From contig NC_043002.1 of assembly GCF_006345805.1 (NCBI RefSeq), positions 54,684,001 through 54,748,000 on the forward strand: DNA of 64,000 nt. The letters are read 5' to 3'. Origin of the DNA: Octopus sinensis (lineage: Eukaryota). Shown one piece after another: positions 23,850 to 39,800 of the stretch. Both the position numbers and the translations under genes were made by a program. Below the pieces are notes generated by a model. It was given only the letters and a program-made list of their open reading frames with translations, was not told the DNA's origin and searched no databases. The first letter of the stretch is position 1; each line of letters starts with the position of its first letter.

Positions 23850-26800
23850 CTGAAATTGTCAAAAGGTTTTACAATAAGTGACAAAGAAAGAAAAAAGAAA
23901 AAAACTAAAATTAAAATGCTAAAGGAAATCATTTTACACAAAGTCAGAATTAAAGTAAATGCAATGTTAGTTTTCTATTTCTGGGATCCATTTGCCATTT
24001 AAAATGCATCCAGTTCACATTGTAAAGTGGTTGGCATTTGGAAGGGCATCCAGCTGTAAAAAAGCCTTGCCAAAACTGATCTCACATGTGCTTGTGTCCT
24101 GTAAAAACCACTAAGTCCACTCTGCTGAGTGGTTGATGTTAGGAAGGTCATCCAGCTGTAAAAACCCTGCCAATACAGTCACAAAAGTCTAGTGCAAGCT
24201 TCTGCCTGATTGGCTCCTGTCAAACCATCCCACCCATGCCAGCATGGAAGGCAGGTGCTGAACTATGATGATGGTGATTTGTAACATTCTTTAACCTTTT
24301 AGCATTTAAACTGACCGTACCCAGACCAAATATTCTACCTATTTTATGTTCAAACTGGCCAGATCCAGCCTCTCACACCTACCCAACAATGTCATTCTAA
24401 AAACAATCACATTGTCAAAATCTCAAGGCTATGAGATGATGCAAAATTAATTCGAAACAATGTGAATAAATAAGGATTACATTTGACAGAGTAATCAGAA
24501 TGCTGAAGGGTCAGTCACTTGCAAACAGTAAAATACTGAACACATCAAATATAACTTACTCCACTTCTACAATACAGCCACCATTTGTAGTGCTCCCGAC
24601 TGGCTCCCATGCTGGTGGCACATAAAAAGCACCATCTGAACATGGCTGATGCCAGTACCCACTGACTAGCCCCATGCTGGTGGCATGTAAAAAGCACTAT
24701 CTGAATGTGATTGATGCCAGGCATGCCTGACTGGCTCCTGTACTGGTGGCATGTAAGAAGCACCCACTACACTCTTGGAGTGGTTTGCATTAGAAGAGCA
24801 TCCAGCAGTAGAAACCTTGCCAGATCAGACTGGAGCCTGGTGCAGCCGCTGGCTCCCCAAACCTCAAACTGTCCAACCCATGCCAGCATGGAAAACAGAT
24901 GTTAAATGATGACAATGAAACTACCAAGCAAGCTACTCGTGCCGGCTATTATTCCACTCAAAGCTGAAACTTTTTGTAATACCAGTGAACCTGAAAAATT
25001 TAGATATTTTTTTTGATTTGTAACACATTATAGCAATACATGTGGCCTAATGGTTAGGGTGTTGCACTCAGGATTGCCAGACCATGGGTTCAATTTCCAG
25101 ATTGGGTGGTGCATTGCGTACTTAAGCAAAATACTTTACGTTGCTTTGGGCCACTCAGCTATAAATGGGTCACTCTGTGACGGACTAGCCTTCTGATTAG
25201 GGGGAACGGATGTTGGCCTGTTCCTGTAGCCAACAGGGTTAGGGTTCTTTCAAAGCTAAAAACGATGCAAAGCACATTGTGATCAATGATGTATAACAGG
25301 TTTAAAATTACAACACCTTTTACAGAACTCAAAGAAGACAGAAGAAATGGTATGTTCAATCACAAGTGAACTTCCACTGAGATCTGTCACCAAAAACAGT
25401 CCAGCCATGACTATTTCATCTATCCAGGAGTATTTAAGACAACATTATCTCAAGTATACATTCCTTTATTTCAAGTTGTAGTAGTTCAGAGAGATGTGGC
25501 TATCTTTTCTAGCAAAAGAAAAGCAACCATGTAAAAGCTTATTATTTACATTATTTAAATTATTTACATTTGATGGATATTTGTCCTCATCTTGTTTGTT
25601 ATATTTTTAGCTAAAAGTAAGCTGTTGTAACTTGCATATACTGACCAGGAGAAAGGTTTTGATAGTTCCATGATTTATTATGTGATGAATGTTAAGGAAA
25701 CCCAGACAAATTTCTTGTACAAACTATATACACAGGTATCGGCAGCAAGGTCAGTGTTAGCTATGTGAACAGTGACAAGTTTAGAGTGTAGGTGGGGGTC
25801 TATTTGGGCCTGGTCCTCAGCCCTTTTTGTCCATTGTAGTCTTCCAAGATATAACAGGAGTTTAAGACTGTTAGTCCATGGCATGGGAACTATGATTTAG
25901 TTCTGAGAATTAAATCTAATGTAGATTTACAGAAGAAATTTCAGATACGTAAAGAAGACTAGAATAGAGAAACCTCAAACATAGCAAATAGTAAATTTTA
26001 TTAAATACGAAAAAAGACAGGGTTCTGGTGCCATCAGAAACTGGTACTGGGTTTGATATGCAAGAAAAGGAGGAGACAGAAATTCTGCATGGATGCATAG
26101 GAGGAATAAAGATTAATAACAGATGGGACATAAATAAATTAACCGTAGGTGCAAGTGTTCTAAGTGTTTGTGTAAGAATGTATTATCACCTCTGATAGCA
26201 ATAAAGAATTGCTCCCTCAGAATTAGGGGCAAATCATTTAATGTTTATGTATAATGCTGCATGGTAGCAACACATGGGCCTTGGATGCAGAGCATTTGCA
26301 AAGATTAGAAATGAAGTGAGCACACACTGATGGATGTCTAATGTTAGCGTGTGGATGATGGAGTACAAATGAGGGTAAAGAGAAACCAGATACAAAAGGA
26401 ATCAAATTTAGTGTGCAAGAACTGAACTGGTAGAGGCATGTGATGTGCAAGAAAGTAGTGAATGCTCCAAGTGGAGGGACCCTGTGAAAGATGGAGATTG
26501 AGGACAACAAGAAACAAAGCATTAAAGGCAGTTCACAAGAAGTTACACTTCACAAAGACAAAGGATTCTGAGGGTTAGCCTCTCACACCTTAACAGTAAG
26601 CATTACCCTTCTATATTATTAGCTACCATTTCAGGTCACTCATGGTCAACACACACACACATCAACCAATTTCTAGAACCACCACTTGCTTCTCTTACTA
26701 ACTTATAGCTGCCCTTAGCCATCTCTTCTCTCTCTTCCCCATTGCTTAACTGTTTCCTTCCTTACTTCACCTAGCATTGATTATTTCCTCCCGTCCTGTC

Positions 26801-29800
26801 ACTCCAATTACTGTTTCTTCCAACATACTCTCTCAATTCTTCTCTTCTCTCCTGCCCTGATTCATCTTCTGCCTATTCTGTTGCTTACACTGCCTTCTTG
26901 AACAAAAAGAGACAACATGCAATGGTCAGCTCTCTTTTGTTTAGCACTAATGCCACAATCAAATGCTTCCAATCCATTTTGTAAAGTGGTTGGGGTTTAG
27001 GAAAAGTACTGAGCTGTAGAAACTATGTAGAAAAAAAAAACACAAGTGAGAAATGCCCCCCCCCTACCGCACCTCCCCAGTCGTCTTGGAGGGCAGAAAC
27101 TGAATAAGAACTGATTTGGACTGTGATGACCCATCAAACCCATGCCAGAAGAGAGAATGGATGTAAAACCAATGGTTTTATAAACAAGCATTTATTGTGG
27201 AATATAAGAAATGCAGTTGTACATATTTATGCATTCATTCATATTTGCTGCTCTGTTTGGTATGAGGAACACAAGAATATAAGAAGAGGGTTTAAAAGAG
27301 AAAATATTTACTGACCAGACAGCATTCCAGATGTCATCATACCTTGTACAGGCCGAGGCGACTGAGTGGCTTTTTTATACTTAGGGAGACTGGCACGTCT
27401 TTCTTCCTATAAAAGCAATAATAATACATCACATGTAGACATTAAAACAAACATGGTAGTTCTTTGATATCTAATAGATTGTTACAGACATTCTTCAATG
27501 ACAGAAAATTACAGCAAGACGACTTTAGTTTTTTTGGGGAAATTAAAAACAAAGAAAAATGTAGTGCATCATTCACTTACTGATCAAGTGATTCTTCAAT
27601 GGAGAAAGATGGCCACCTCAACCATTTGCTGAGCTCTAGGACATTAGTAGGAATTTTCAAATCAACATTATCTAGAATCTGTAACATTTATTTTTAAATC
27701 TAGGAGGACAGCATCAGGCAGGTAAATATATCTACATTTATGATGTTAACAGACTTTGAAATTCAAATTTGCCACTTTAAAAATACAAGAACGGAAAACG
27801 GTCAATGGCATAAAATCACAAGGAATTAGCTGAAGAAAGTTGAAATACTTCTAACTAAAGATCAAAAAATCTTATCACTGCTGGGCCACAGTGCCCAATA
27901 CTGACAGCATCTAAGTACACAAACATCAAACTCCAGATTTAAAAGCAAGCAGCAAATAAAACTGACAATCAGCCAGGTTCCCCCACCCCCAAAGGCATAA
28001 ATGACATGAGTGATGGGCTGGGTTTTTTTTTTACCATGAATAAAAAATCACATCACACATTTCACTCCCCAGAAAACAAGATGGTGCCAGTTAAAGATTT
28101 AGTTGGCATTATCTTGGTTGCATTGCAGAGCCATGTCTGCAGGCAATATACTCAAGCCTCACAAGGCAGTGAGCTGGCAGAAATGTTAGCATGCTGGGCA
28201 AAATGCTTAGCAGTATTTCGTCCATCTTTACATTCTGAGTTCAAATTCCGCTGAGGTTGACTTTGCCTTTCATCCTTTCGGGGTCAATAAATTAAGTACC
28301 AGTTGCGTACTGAGGTCGATCTAATTGACTGACCCCCACCCCAGAAACTTCGGGCCCTTGTGCCTAGAATAAAAAAGAATATACTCAAAAGTCTCACTAG
28401 CTGAGTTGAATTATTTCCTTAGAAATAGCACAAAATTAATCAACTGATTGTTGCTAAGTAAATGGGAACACTTAATATACAAGTTTCAACACTTCCAGTG
28501 AATAAAGCTTAGTGAGATAAGCTGACCTTGAACTTCCCCTCATAAAGAACACTGCTTATCAGCTTGAAGCCTCAAGTTAGGGAGATAATATTCTGTTGTG
28601 AAAGTTGCATTGTTTTACAATAGTCTTAATCAGTTTATCATCAACATCCGTTTTCCATGCTGGCATGGGTTGGACGGTTCAACTGGGATCTGGGAAGCCA
28701 GGAGGCTGTACCAGGCTCCAGTCTAATCTGGTAGTGTTTCTACAGCTAGATGCCCTTCCTAATGCCAAACCACTCTGAGAGTGTAGTGGGTGCTTTTTAC
28801 GTGCCAGAGGAGACTGGTAACAACCACAGTTGGTGTTTTTTACATGCCACCAGCACGGAACGGCACAGGGATCACAAATACAATTTCCACTTGATTTTGA
28901 TGAACTTGACTCAATAGGTCTCCTCAAGCACAGCATGTCGCCCTACAATCTAAGGTACTTTTGAGTGGGCTGGGGCTGGTTATGCGACACTGGTGTAGGT
29001 TTCAGCTGTGAACTCATTTTAGTGAAACAAACGTTCCAAATAGTAACAAAAACTAGTTCAAAGACTTGATTCAGTCAAGAACTTTACCATCACAAAACTG
29101 TACACCAATAATACTTTGAGAAGAAGAGCAAAATCAATTTTACATTTTCACTTTTAATGTTTTTTTTCTTAAATCAAGTTTTGTTTTTAAATCCTATAAC
29201 AGTTATTTGAAAGGGGGAAAGGAAATTTAAATAATTCAAAATATAGCAAAAATAAAAGACAGGAATTTAATAAGGGAAAGGATATTTTTATACACACAAC
29301 ATGCGTACGTAGGCATACATTTTATATGTGTGTGTGTGAGATGAGGCAAGTGGAAGAGAAGGAATCTATGGAGGAGGATGACTTGAGACCTAAAAAGAAA
29401 TGTAGAGACAAGACTCCAAGATGGTCGCTATTAAGAAGTGAAAAGATGGAAGAGAGCCAGCCATCCGATGCCACAAACCCACATATAAACTCACCAGTGA
29501 TATGTCTTCATCCGGATGCATCAACTTTGACGTTAACCCTGACGCCGATTCTGGTTTACGGATAATAGGTGCTCCTGATATTGTGGCACTGGGGGAGATT
29601 GATGTTGTGACAGCAGCTGCTGAAGGAAATGTTGGTTTTATCTGTGCCATAGCTTGGCTTATAGCTGTGGTGGGTTTGAAATCTGGTCCAACTGGTCGCG
29701 ATGTGCTAGTCTGTGTCTGGTTAAAAACAAAATTGAAAACATTGATCAATATTTAGCATCAAATACAACAGACAGACAAGTTACAACAGATACTGTTGAG

Positions 29801-32800
29801 GAGACAGGTTCAATCTATAGTAGCATAAAAAAAAGAAAAAAGATACTACAGTGGTGCTTTATAACTATATCATTATGGTCCTTAACTTCTCCATTGCTAC
29901 TGATTGACATCCCTTCTTGTCTTAATCTGCTGATCCTAGCACCCTCACATTTGATCCCCCAACTATTTTCCATTGTCTTTCTTTATATCTGTTTTATATT
30001 CTGGTACCAGATAAAAAAACAAACGTTTCATATTGTTTATGTATCAATAAAAAGAGGATTTGTACTGACCGCTTCTCTATGGATCTCAATGGATCAGCAT
30101 TATTGATCTTGTTGTTTACATATAAACAAACTCAGGAAATATAGAATAACGTTCCCTATCCAATCAATAACAGTTCAATAACTTGATTTGGACATTTCCC
30201 TTTACAAAATACTTATACTCATTTGGTACAGTGCAACCCTAAGGGAAGCCCAGAGAATGAATGTTCCAGCAGAAGAAGGAATGGCTTTAGGGATTAGTGC
30301 AGGATCTAATACAACATGGATGACAAGACGGGCTTCTGGAGAAGGTGGAACAAAACTAATTTTGAGGGAACAGGGGACATTGTAGCTACAATGGAACTGG
30401 CTGTTCATCACAGATAAACAGAGAACATGGATGTTTAATAATAATGATGAAATTTCTGAAGCCAGTTCCCTATTTGTTTCTGTGTACACAATGAAACCAC
30501 TGATGACAACTTGAAAACTGCCAAATTAATTCTTTTAATGCTTTTTGATGTTCAACCGTTATGGTTTTCTGTAATGAATCTTTAACTGACTGGCCTTCTT
30601 TAGCTGTGACCATTCTTGTCTTCATCCATTTTTTAAGATGAGATATTTAGGTTCCTTTTTCTAATAGGTCAAGTGGTTAATATAGAGGTTTTCCCAAGGT
30701 CAACCTGATGTTAAGTAACAAAATTATGCAGTTTCTCTCTCACCAACACTTCACATCATTTCGCCATTTCTCTACATTTTTATTAGTTACTCTCCACTTC
30801 CCCCATTTATGTACTGCCACCTATCATCTTCTACTCTCTGACTCACATCCTATTGTCCTTTACCTACCACCCTTAAACCGAGATTCATTACTGATCACCC
30901 CCACCCCTTCTAACCATTTGTTACTCTTCTTTCACAATCACCCAAACCTATCCACACAGCAATCCTTGATTCCCTGTCCCTTTTCTATTACTATTCACCT
31001 TCTTGTATCCTGACAGCACACCAACATGCTTTCTCCCTTTCCTGCTGGGGCAGCTACATATCTCCACTACAGCAAGACCTATGGGCTTGTCCCTCCATCA
31101 TACTTTAAGCTCTCATCCCCTGCTACAAAGCCACTTCCCTCATTCAACGGGTTTTGTTTTGCAAGTTACTCAGTACCCTCACTAGCGCTAGTGCGATGGA
31201 AAAATAAATTAAATAAAGCTGCCAAGGCATTCTGTGAACTGGTTGGTGTTAGGAAAGGCATTCAGCCATAGAAATCATGGCAAAGTTGACAGTGAAGCTT
31301 GAAGGATCCTGTGGAACCTATCAACCATTGTTGGCATAGAAAACATGCTAAATGATGATGATAAATTCAATCAGAAACCTGCCAGTGTATCAACAAGACT
31401 AGTCCAGAGCACAGAGCAAAGGATGACTTAAGAAGCAGACCCTAGGTATAGACAAGGTGACCATACTACAAACTTCTCCATCCATTCTCTCTGCCCACCA
31501 TTTCAGGAATCTCCCTCCATAGGGTCTTATCAGAAACAACTACTATTTCACTTTCCAGCTGGGTTTCCAAACTTAACCAACTGAAACTAGAGATACTCAG
31601 CCATCTCATTCTTCATCTCCACCCTTACGTTTTCTACTGGTTGGCTTAGCTTAATCCATTTTGTGGTTCTTTCCTGAGACATTCTAATCACATTACAACA
31701 AAAGCTATGATCTCTCAATGCTGAGAAGTAGCAGGTCAACATGGAGAGTCCATTTGACATATGAAAAACCAATGATGATGATGATGATACTGAGAGTGAC
31801 AAGTTAAAAATGCTCCAAGTCCTGAGGTATCAATATTTTTCAATAGTTGATAGGAAGCCCTAGCTTACCTGTCCAGCTGCTGCAGCGGGGAAAAGAGGTT
31901 TTGCTGGTGCATTCTGTGTTGAAGTTATAGACTGTGAGGAAATTGGAGGTCTTGACACTTGAGGCATTATTCCACGTGGAGGAACAGCCATTGTGGGAAT
32001 ACCAGGACCATTGTTTGGATGCATTCTGCAAAGAAGGAATACAACAAAATTGAATAAAGAATTCTTTAAAAATATTTTATAAAAATGATTTTATGAGAGA
32101 CAAATTTCAAAACTGACACATTAAACATCTTTATTTATTTTTTTCCTTCTTTAAAACCTAATCACTTACCTTAAAAGTGTATTTACCATTCTTTATAATT
32201 CCTTTATTGGTTTATATATTTAGTTGGAATGGACATTGGAAATATTGAGACATCACAAGATGTTTTACAATTGTTATAAGTAATTATTGGTATGAATAAA
32301 GCAGAGATGAAATTAAGACTTACCCTATTTGTGATATTGGTCCCATAGGGCCTGCAAAAAAAGAGAAAAATAATAATAAAAACTGTTGTTTAACCTCAAG
32401 TCAATCCTAATCAACCAGTTGTAGGATTTGTTTTTTAGCTAAGTTTTTGTTATTATCATCCATATGTGAATTAGTCAATCAATCTAGGATTCCCTCATTT
32501 CTTTCACTATCTACTTGCTAAGGCCACACCTAATTTTCATTTCATTTCAGTTTCAGCCAGACTCCCATTCCTGTTGCAAAAATGCTTAGGAGATAAATTT
32601 ATCAATTAAAAAAGGTACATGTATATTAATTTAGTATTTTAATAAGAATAATAATTATTAAATACTACAGCTTTCCTTCTGTGCCCGAACTAGCTACACT
32701 ATGCATAAGCTTAGCCTTACACAAGGGCTGCTCAATGTCCGTTTTTGCATATGCATTACACCCACTCACCCTTCCCCACCATTTTAACTCGTAACATTTT

Positions 32801-33185
32801 CACCTGGTGATTCATACGTGTGCTGTTTATGTGAATACATATATTTTGAGCATACCCTTATTCCCCCTCTTTATAGTCCTCATACAAGAGCCCTGATGTG
32901 TGTCATACAGTTGAATATTTACACACATAATACTTAAGCTGCTCTATGTAACCACCCTATTCTCATATCCACTTGTTGGCTCTTGCTTAGGATGTTGGAT
33001 GAGGTCTATGCAAGCTGGTAAGCATTTTCGCAGATCTTCGTTTCAGGTGACGACAAAATTCTCACAACTAACTTACCGCAACCACTCCCAAGTACTTAAA
33101 CCCAGGGACGCTATCATCAATGTTGGCACAATGAAGGGAAGGATGCCTGAGATCCTAGAAGACACACACACACAGACAGAACGGG

Positions 33186-33219
<34 letters not shown>

Positions 33220-36200
33220 ATGTTTGTGCCTCCCAGCCATCGCTTGACAACCAATCTTGGTGTGTTTACATCCACATAACTTAGTGGTTGGCAAAAGAGG
33301 CCGATACAATAAGTACTCGGCTTACAAAGAGTAAGTCTTGGAGTAGATTTGTTTCACTGAAGATGGTGCTCCAGCATGGCTGCAGTGAAATGACTGAAAG
33401 AATATATATATATATATATATATATATTGTTTCAGTCATTAGATTGTGGCCAAGTTGAAGCATCACCTTGAAGAATTCTCAGCAGAATGAAACATGTACA
33501 TTTGAATGGAAGAAACTTACCAACAGGAGGCATTGGCGCCATTGGACCGATAGGTCCTATTGGCCCTAATGGCCCAGCTGGTCCCGGTCCTGGAGGAAGA
33601 GGAGGCATACTAGGAGCCCCTGGAGGAACAAAAGGTGGCATTGCAGCAACTGGTACCTGACCTCCATTGAAGTAAGTGTTGTTAGCGGGACAACTGTTGC
33701 TGTCTTCATCACTGTCTGCTTGCGGCTGCCGATTATCTCCTAGCATACGGAAGAAAAGAAAATCATTTAATAAAAAAAAAGAATTTTAACACCCAAGGAC
33801 ACTAATTTTATCACCCAAGGACACTAATGTCTTAGGATTTAAAATGGACAATGTGAAAGTATTTAGATCTAAATTTTAATTTTCCAGCATAACTTTAAGA
33901 ATTAGAAATACAAAAGTATGTTCCAAACACTCTCAAAAGCGAGCATCTATATTACTAAATCTCTAAAAATTCCTTATTTCCAAAATTTATTGGGGCCTCA
34001 AGGAAGTGTGTATATCATTAGAAACAGAAAAAGGAAAGAATGACTGGAAAGAAATGAAGAATATCTTTGAAGAATAATCGGAGAGTCTCTTACAGTAAGA
34101 GTCTAAGAACTATACTCAAACAGGAAGAGACAAACTGAGCAAAATATAGGATAAAGGGGTCTCTCTCAATTCAGTATGAAAAGGCCCTTTCCAAAGATCT
34201 GAATGCCAGACCAGTGAGCAGACAGTCAACCAGATTTCATCTTTGCATCAAATCATATCAGCACTAAGAACCCCAACAATATTCCAGCCAAAGATAAGCG
34301 GTGGGAGCAGCCAGGATTGTTCTCATGCTGGACATAATGCTTTGTGGCATTTCATCTGCCTTTATGTTCTGAGTTCAAATTCCACCAAGATTGACTTTGC
34401 CTTTCATCCTTTTGGGGGGAGGGGGGTCGGTAAAATAAATACCAGTTGAATACTGGGTTGATGCAATCAGTTTACCTCCTAAGCCCCGAAATTGCTGGCA
34501 TTGTGCCAAAGTTTGAAATCAATGTTACCGTTAAAGGTAGGCAACCACACACACATTAGTGAAAAGGTTGGGAACCACTGCACTATAATATGTGAAATTG
34601 GGGTTCTCAAAACTGCTTTTACTGCCTCCTAGATTGTCAGGGCAGTGGAGCTGACAGAATTATTCTCGTGTTGGACGAAATGCATTTTTTCTGACTCTTT
34701 ACATAATAAAATACAAATGTTAAGGGGATGGATGAAGGGAATGGTGGATAAGAGATGGGGGGAATGTCCAATGAGACATGGGGTGAGGGTGGGGTGTAAA
34801 ACAGCAGAAAACAATGATGCATAAGAGAGAGGCATTGTGCTCGAGAAGAGTGAGAGGTGAATGGTGGTAGAGAAGAGCTAAAATATTTGGTGGCTGAGGA
34901 ACAACGCTATTCTATAGATTCCATTTGTATTGACAGGACTCAATTGTAAAACATTCTGACAAACAAAACATCACTTTATATTAGCAATATTAGAAATACT
35001 GGAAAGATATCAATTATCTAAAAGTGGATTATCTCATAACTAGTATTGAATACATTAAGAATAATGAGAAAAGAAAAAAACTGTGGTGAGGTACCTTTTC
35101 CAAGTTTGTGTTTTTCATGTTCTTTCATATCTTCTTCCGGAATTCCTTCCATTCCATAGATTTCTATTTCTATGTTATTCCGACCAGGTAATGCATTGGG
35201 AACTTTATCAACTTTTTCCTTATGAACCTAGAAAAAAGGTTTTTTGTAAATATTTAGCATTTTATTTAAGGACAAGCTGATGACAAAAAAGTTGAAATGA
35301 AGAAACTAGTATCAGAGAAATTTCAAAAGAATATCTCATGGAACTCTCACTTTCCATTCTGTTTCCATCTACCAAATACACTCACAAGGCTTTGGTTGGC
35401 CCAAGTGCCATGCAGTGGGATTGAGCCTGGAATCACATGGTTGGGAAGCAAGCTTCTTACCACACAGCCATGTCTGCACCTATGTATTTCTTCATTCTAA
35501 CTTAAATTAATCTTTACAAAACTTTATATAATTTTAAAAAGAAATTCAAAAATGGACATGGTAAATTTCTCTTCTGCTATAGAATTTAAATTCTATATAA
35601 ATTATTATTTACTAGACATTTCTAATGATTAGAAATAAAGCTGCAGATTAGTTTGATAAAGATCATCCCTTTCTAAGCTATTGACTAAATCAAACTCGGC
35701 TACAAGACACAAGTGCTGCACAACTGTGCCAACCAATAATCAACAGGAGATGTTTCTATGTCACTGTGACACGACTCAAGAAATTATTGAACATGAAATC
35801 AATAATCAATATTGAAACAGTCTTGTATGGTGTTTGTGTGTTAGCAAACAACGGGGAGGGTAGATATGATGTTAAAAGCAGAGCATGCTGCTGCAAATCA
35901 AGCTTATCAAGTCTACCATACTCTATACGGATTTAAGGGCACTGGTAAAATCCAACAGATATAATAATCAATAGGTCTGGCCCCTGGAGGACATTCAATA
36001 AGACTAAATCTCAAATGGCAATTCAAATAGCAAATAATTGAAAAGGAGAAATTAATATTAATTGAAAGCAATCACTTACTTGCATACAATGTATCGATAA
36101 GCCAGGCCCTGTGTAAAGTTTCTTGTGACATATATGGCATTTGAAGTGCTTTGCTTTTTGATGTTGGATGAGAATCTTTTCATCATCAAATTCTCTATTG

Positions 36201-36842
36201 CAGTACCTGAGTTAGATTTAAGGAAACAACTTGGCAAAATAATATTGGTTTCAAATTTTGACACAAGGCCAGCATTGGTGGAGAGGGAACAAGGTTGATT
36301 ACATCAAACCCCCGCCCCCATGTCCAACTGGTACTTATTTTATCAACCCCAAAACAATGAAAGGCAAAGTCAAACTCAGACAGACAAAATGCCACTAAGC
36401 ATTTTGCCTGGTACGCTAATGGCTCTGTCAGCTCACCACTCAGCAAAATATAAAAAAAAAAAAACAAGCATATATGAATTGTAAAGAAATAATAAAGTAG
36501 CAGTTCTACTGGCCAAGTGAAGTCAAAGGTTTTGGCTAAGGTCGCCAAAAAAAGCCCTTTCATTCAGTGCGAGCAATTGAGAATTCTATCTGCTGTTTCT
36601 ATTGCAACATCTGATGGCGTTTACCACCATAGCAAATGAAACAAGTGTACCATGTTGTGCTAAATGTATGTGTGTGATGATCATCATTTAATATCCATTT
36701 TCCATGCTGGGATAGGTTGGATGATTTGACAGGGACCTCACTGTTCTGGCAGGGTTTCTACAGCTGGATGGCCTTCCCAACACTAACCACTTTACAGAGG
36801 AGACTGAGTGCTTTGTACATGGCACCAACACTATGTATAAAA

Positions 36843-36877
<35 letters not shown>

Positions 36878-39800
36878 CATGCACACACTCATACTTGATG
36901 CACCATGGGTTGTAGCAATCATGGACCTCCATCCTAAACCTCCCAAATATACAATTCACTCTCAATCTTTTCTAACTTCTTTTCAATTACAGGAAAAATT
37001 CATACATACAGTGGGGCTAGGGCAAAATGTACAGGGTCAGTGATGTCATGTGAATGACCAAAGGGTCTTACTGGAAGGAACAGGAGCAAAGGAGGTGATG
37101 CAAACAGGACTGCTATCATGGACTTCATTTGCTTTGGGATTCTCACTTGGAATGGATGTAGTAGCTGCATAAGCTGAGGGAATTTGGCATTAGGTGGGTA
37201 GGACCCCACACCCAAGGATATATCCCGACGGGAAAGGATTGATTTATGACAGGTAGGTGAACTACGCTTTTATCCCTGTGCCACAAATACAGACAGATGA
37301 TGCAAACATGACACGCTGGATATACGTGGCTGCATGGTAAGAAACCTGCTTCCCAATCACATAGCCCTAGGTTCAGTTTCACTGCGTGCCACACTGGGAT
37401 AGTGTCTTCTATTTAGCCATGGGCAGACCTAAGCCTTGAGTGGATTTGGTAGACAGAAACTGAAAGAAGCTGGTCATATATATCTGTGTGTGATTGTCCC
37501 CCACCACTTAACTGGTGTTGGTGTGTCTATGTCCCCATAACTGAGCAGTTCAGCAAGAGACTGAGAGAAAAAGTACTAGGCTTAAAAAAATTACTGGGGT
37601 CAATTCATTTGACTAAGGTGTGTGGAGGGGGATCTACTATCCTACTGATGTGAATATCTCTTCAGAAATCAAAGAGAAAGAAGATAACAATGGACAACTA
37701 CTTTGAAACCTCCAGCTTCTAAATTCACATTATCACCATCATCATCATCATTCAACATCCATTGTCCATGCTGGATGGTTTGACCAGGGCTGGCAAGCAG
37801 GAAGGCAGCACCAGACTCCAGTCTGGCTTGGCAGGGTTCCCTTCCTAATGCCAACCACTGAGAGTGTAATGGGTGCTTTTACATGCCACAACTGAAATTT
37901 TACTTGGCTTGATGGGTCTTCTTCTCAAGCATAACATAATGCCAAAGGTCTTGGTCATTGCCTCTGTTAGGCCCAACACCCAAAAGGAGCTTTTCCTGTG
38001 CCACCAGCCAGACTTGGTTTTGTGAATGACAATCTGGATAGGCTAAGGTTTGCAAGAAAAGAAATCAACCAGCCAACTTGGACAGTACAATCTGTCAGCA
38101 GTGAAAATATGCAAGATATTTCTCAACAATTTGAAATTGTTTTGTCATCTACATTCCAACAATAGGACTTTGTAACTTTGTTAAAAATTAGCTCCTTCCT
38201 TTAAGGAATATTTCAAATAATTAAAAACAGAAGACGAGACACACACACCAGAGGCTCCAGTTTCTGAGAGCAGATTTTATTTTGTTAAAAATATTAAAAG
38301 TAAATTTCAAGGACATTCATTCTTTATGCAATATACGTGTGTGTGTGTGTGTGTGTGTGCATGAGTATACACAAACAAACTAGTCTACTTTCATTCATAT
38401 TCAAATGAAAACTAGGTGCGGTCCAACAGTCTGGGTTGTTATGTTCATGAGACATTTCTAAACCAGATGACATATTTTCTCTCTGGAAAGCACACTTCAT
38501 TTCACATTGTTCTAGTCTAGTCTAAAACCAAGTACCAGTGACACGTTGGAAGTAATTAAACTGTGTGTGATGGACTGTTGTCCCTGGTACTTTGTGTCAT
38601 TGAAGCAACACCAAAACTTGGATAAGCTCTGACCTCATGAGACTAAATGCAAGATACATTGAAGTTTAACACACACACACACACACACAAGTACGTCCAG
38701 TGCATGTGCACATATGATAAAGTGCTAATGTATTGAGAGAAAATTATAAGAGGTGTCAGATGTAATGTGCAAGAAAGAAGACTGCTGATATGGGCATGTG
38801 ATGCATTTACAGTAATCCCTCGCCATATTGCAGCTCACCTATCACGCATTCAGCACATCAGATTTTTCTGGCTAATACATGTAAATTTATATTGCGTATT
38901 TCTCAGTATATCACAGGTTTCTGCAGCCGATAGGTATTGATATTTTTTCAGATTTTAATTATTTCTGTGGGGGGTTTTGGAATGTAATACCTGCGACAGT
39001 CAAGGGATCACTAGATGAGAACAGTTGCATAAAGAAGTGCTGATTGCTTTAAGTGGATGGAATTCATGGAAGTGAGAGAGAGACACACAGGAAGACATGA
39101 GATGAAGTACTGAAGCCTGATCTCAAGATGCTGAGCTTTTTGGATGAGATTAAGATAATTGGTGATTTATTGTGCCCGAGAAGACCCATCACTCACAGAA
39201 TAAGTTCTATGGATGAGCAGTGCCCTCTTCTCCCTCCCTCTGCCCTATTGAGCATCCTCCCAAGTCTCATCCCCTAACACCTTTTACTCCCTATTTATGG
39301 TACTACTAAGGCTGGGGGACATATTTCATTCCATTTCCTAATGGTTACCTTTATCCCTCCTCTCCCTAGAATTGCTTCCATTTCCACCAATCACCTCCTG
39401 TTATCTCAATAGCTCTTCATCTCTCTCTCCCCTTTACCATACTCCATTCTCAACACCCCCTCACCTCTACCATCACACCCCACTTACTATATCTCTGTAT
39501 CTCCCCCTTCCACTGCTCCAACACCTTGCACATCATGGGGTGGTGGTGTTACTTTCTGATCTATTCTCCTCTCTGAACTACTAGTATATCTCCCATCTTA
39601 CACCTCTCCATACTGATACTTCCCTCGACTGAACCTTGACCCCGGTTCATCACTCATTACAATCAATTCCATCACCCTCTGTTACTACTACCCTTCACAC
39701 TATGAAAGCACCAATGCTCTCCTGCCCTCTCAAGACCTACTGCCCACACCCTCTCTTAAGTTCACCTTCTTGCTCTGGCTCTCCCTCACTACCACCCACA

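Noticed and set aside
27870-27920. Partial junction-like hairpins in intron 7 (tact..agta-t-tgggc..gccca)
   Set aside because: Third arm and closing helix are absent
30202-30489. 95-aa minus-strand ORF in ZNF207 intron 6
   Set aside because: No recognisable homology and no convincing donor; not needed for phase
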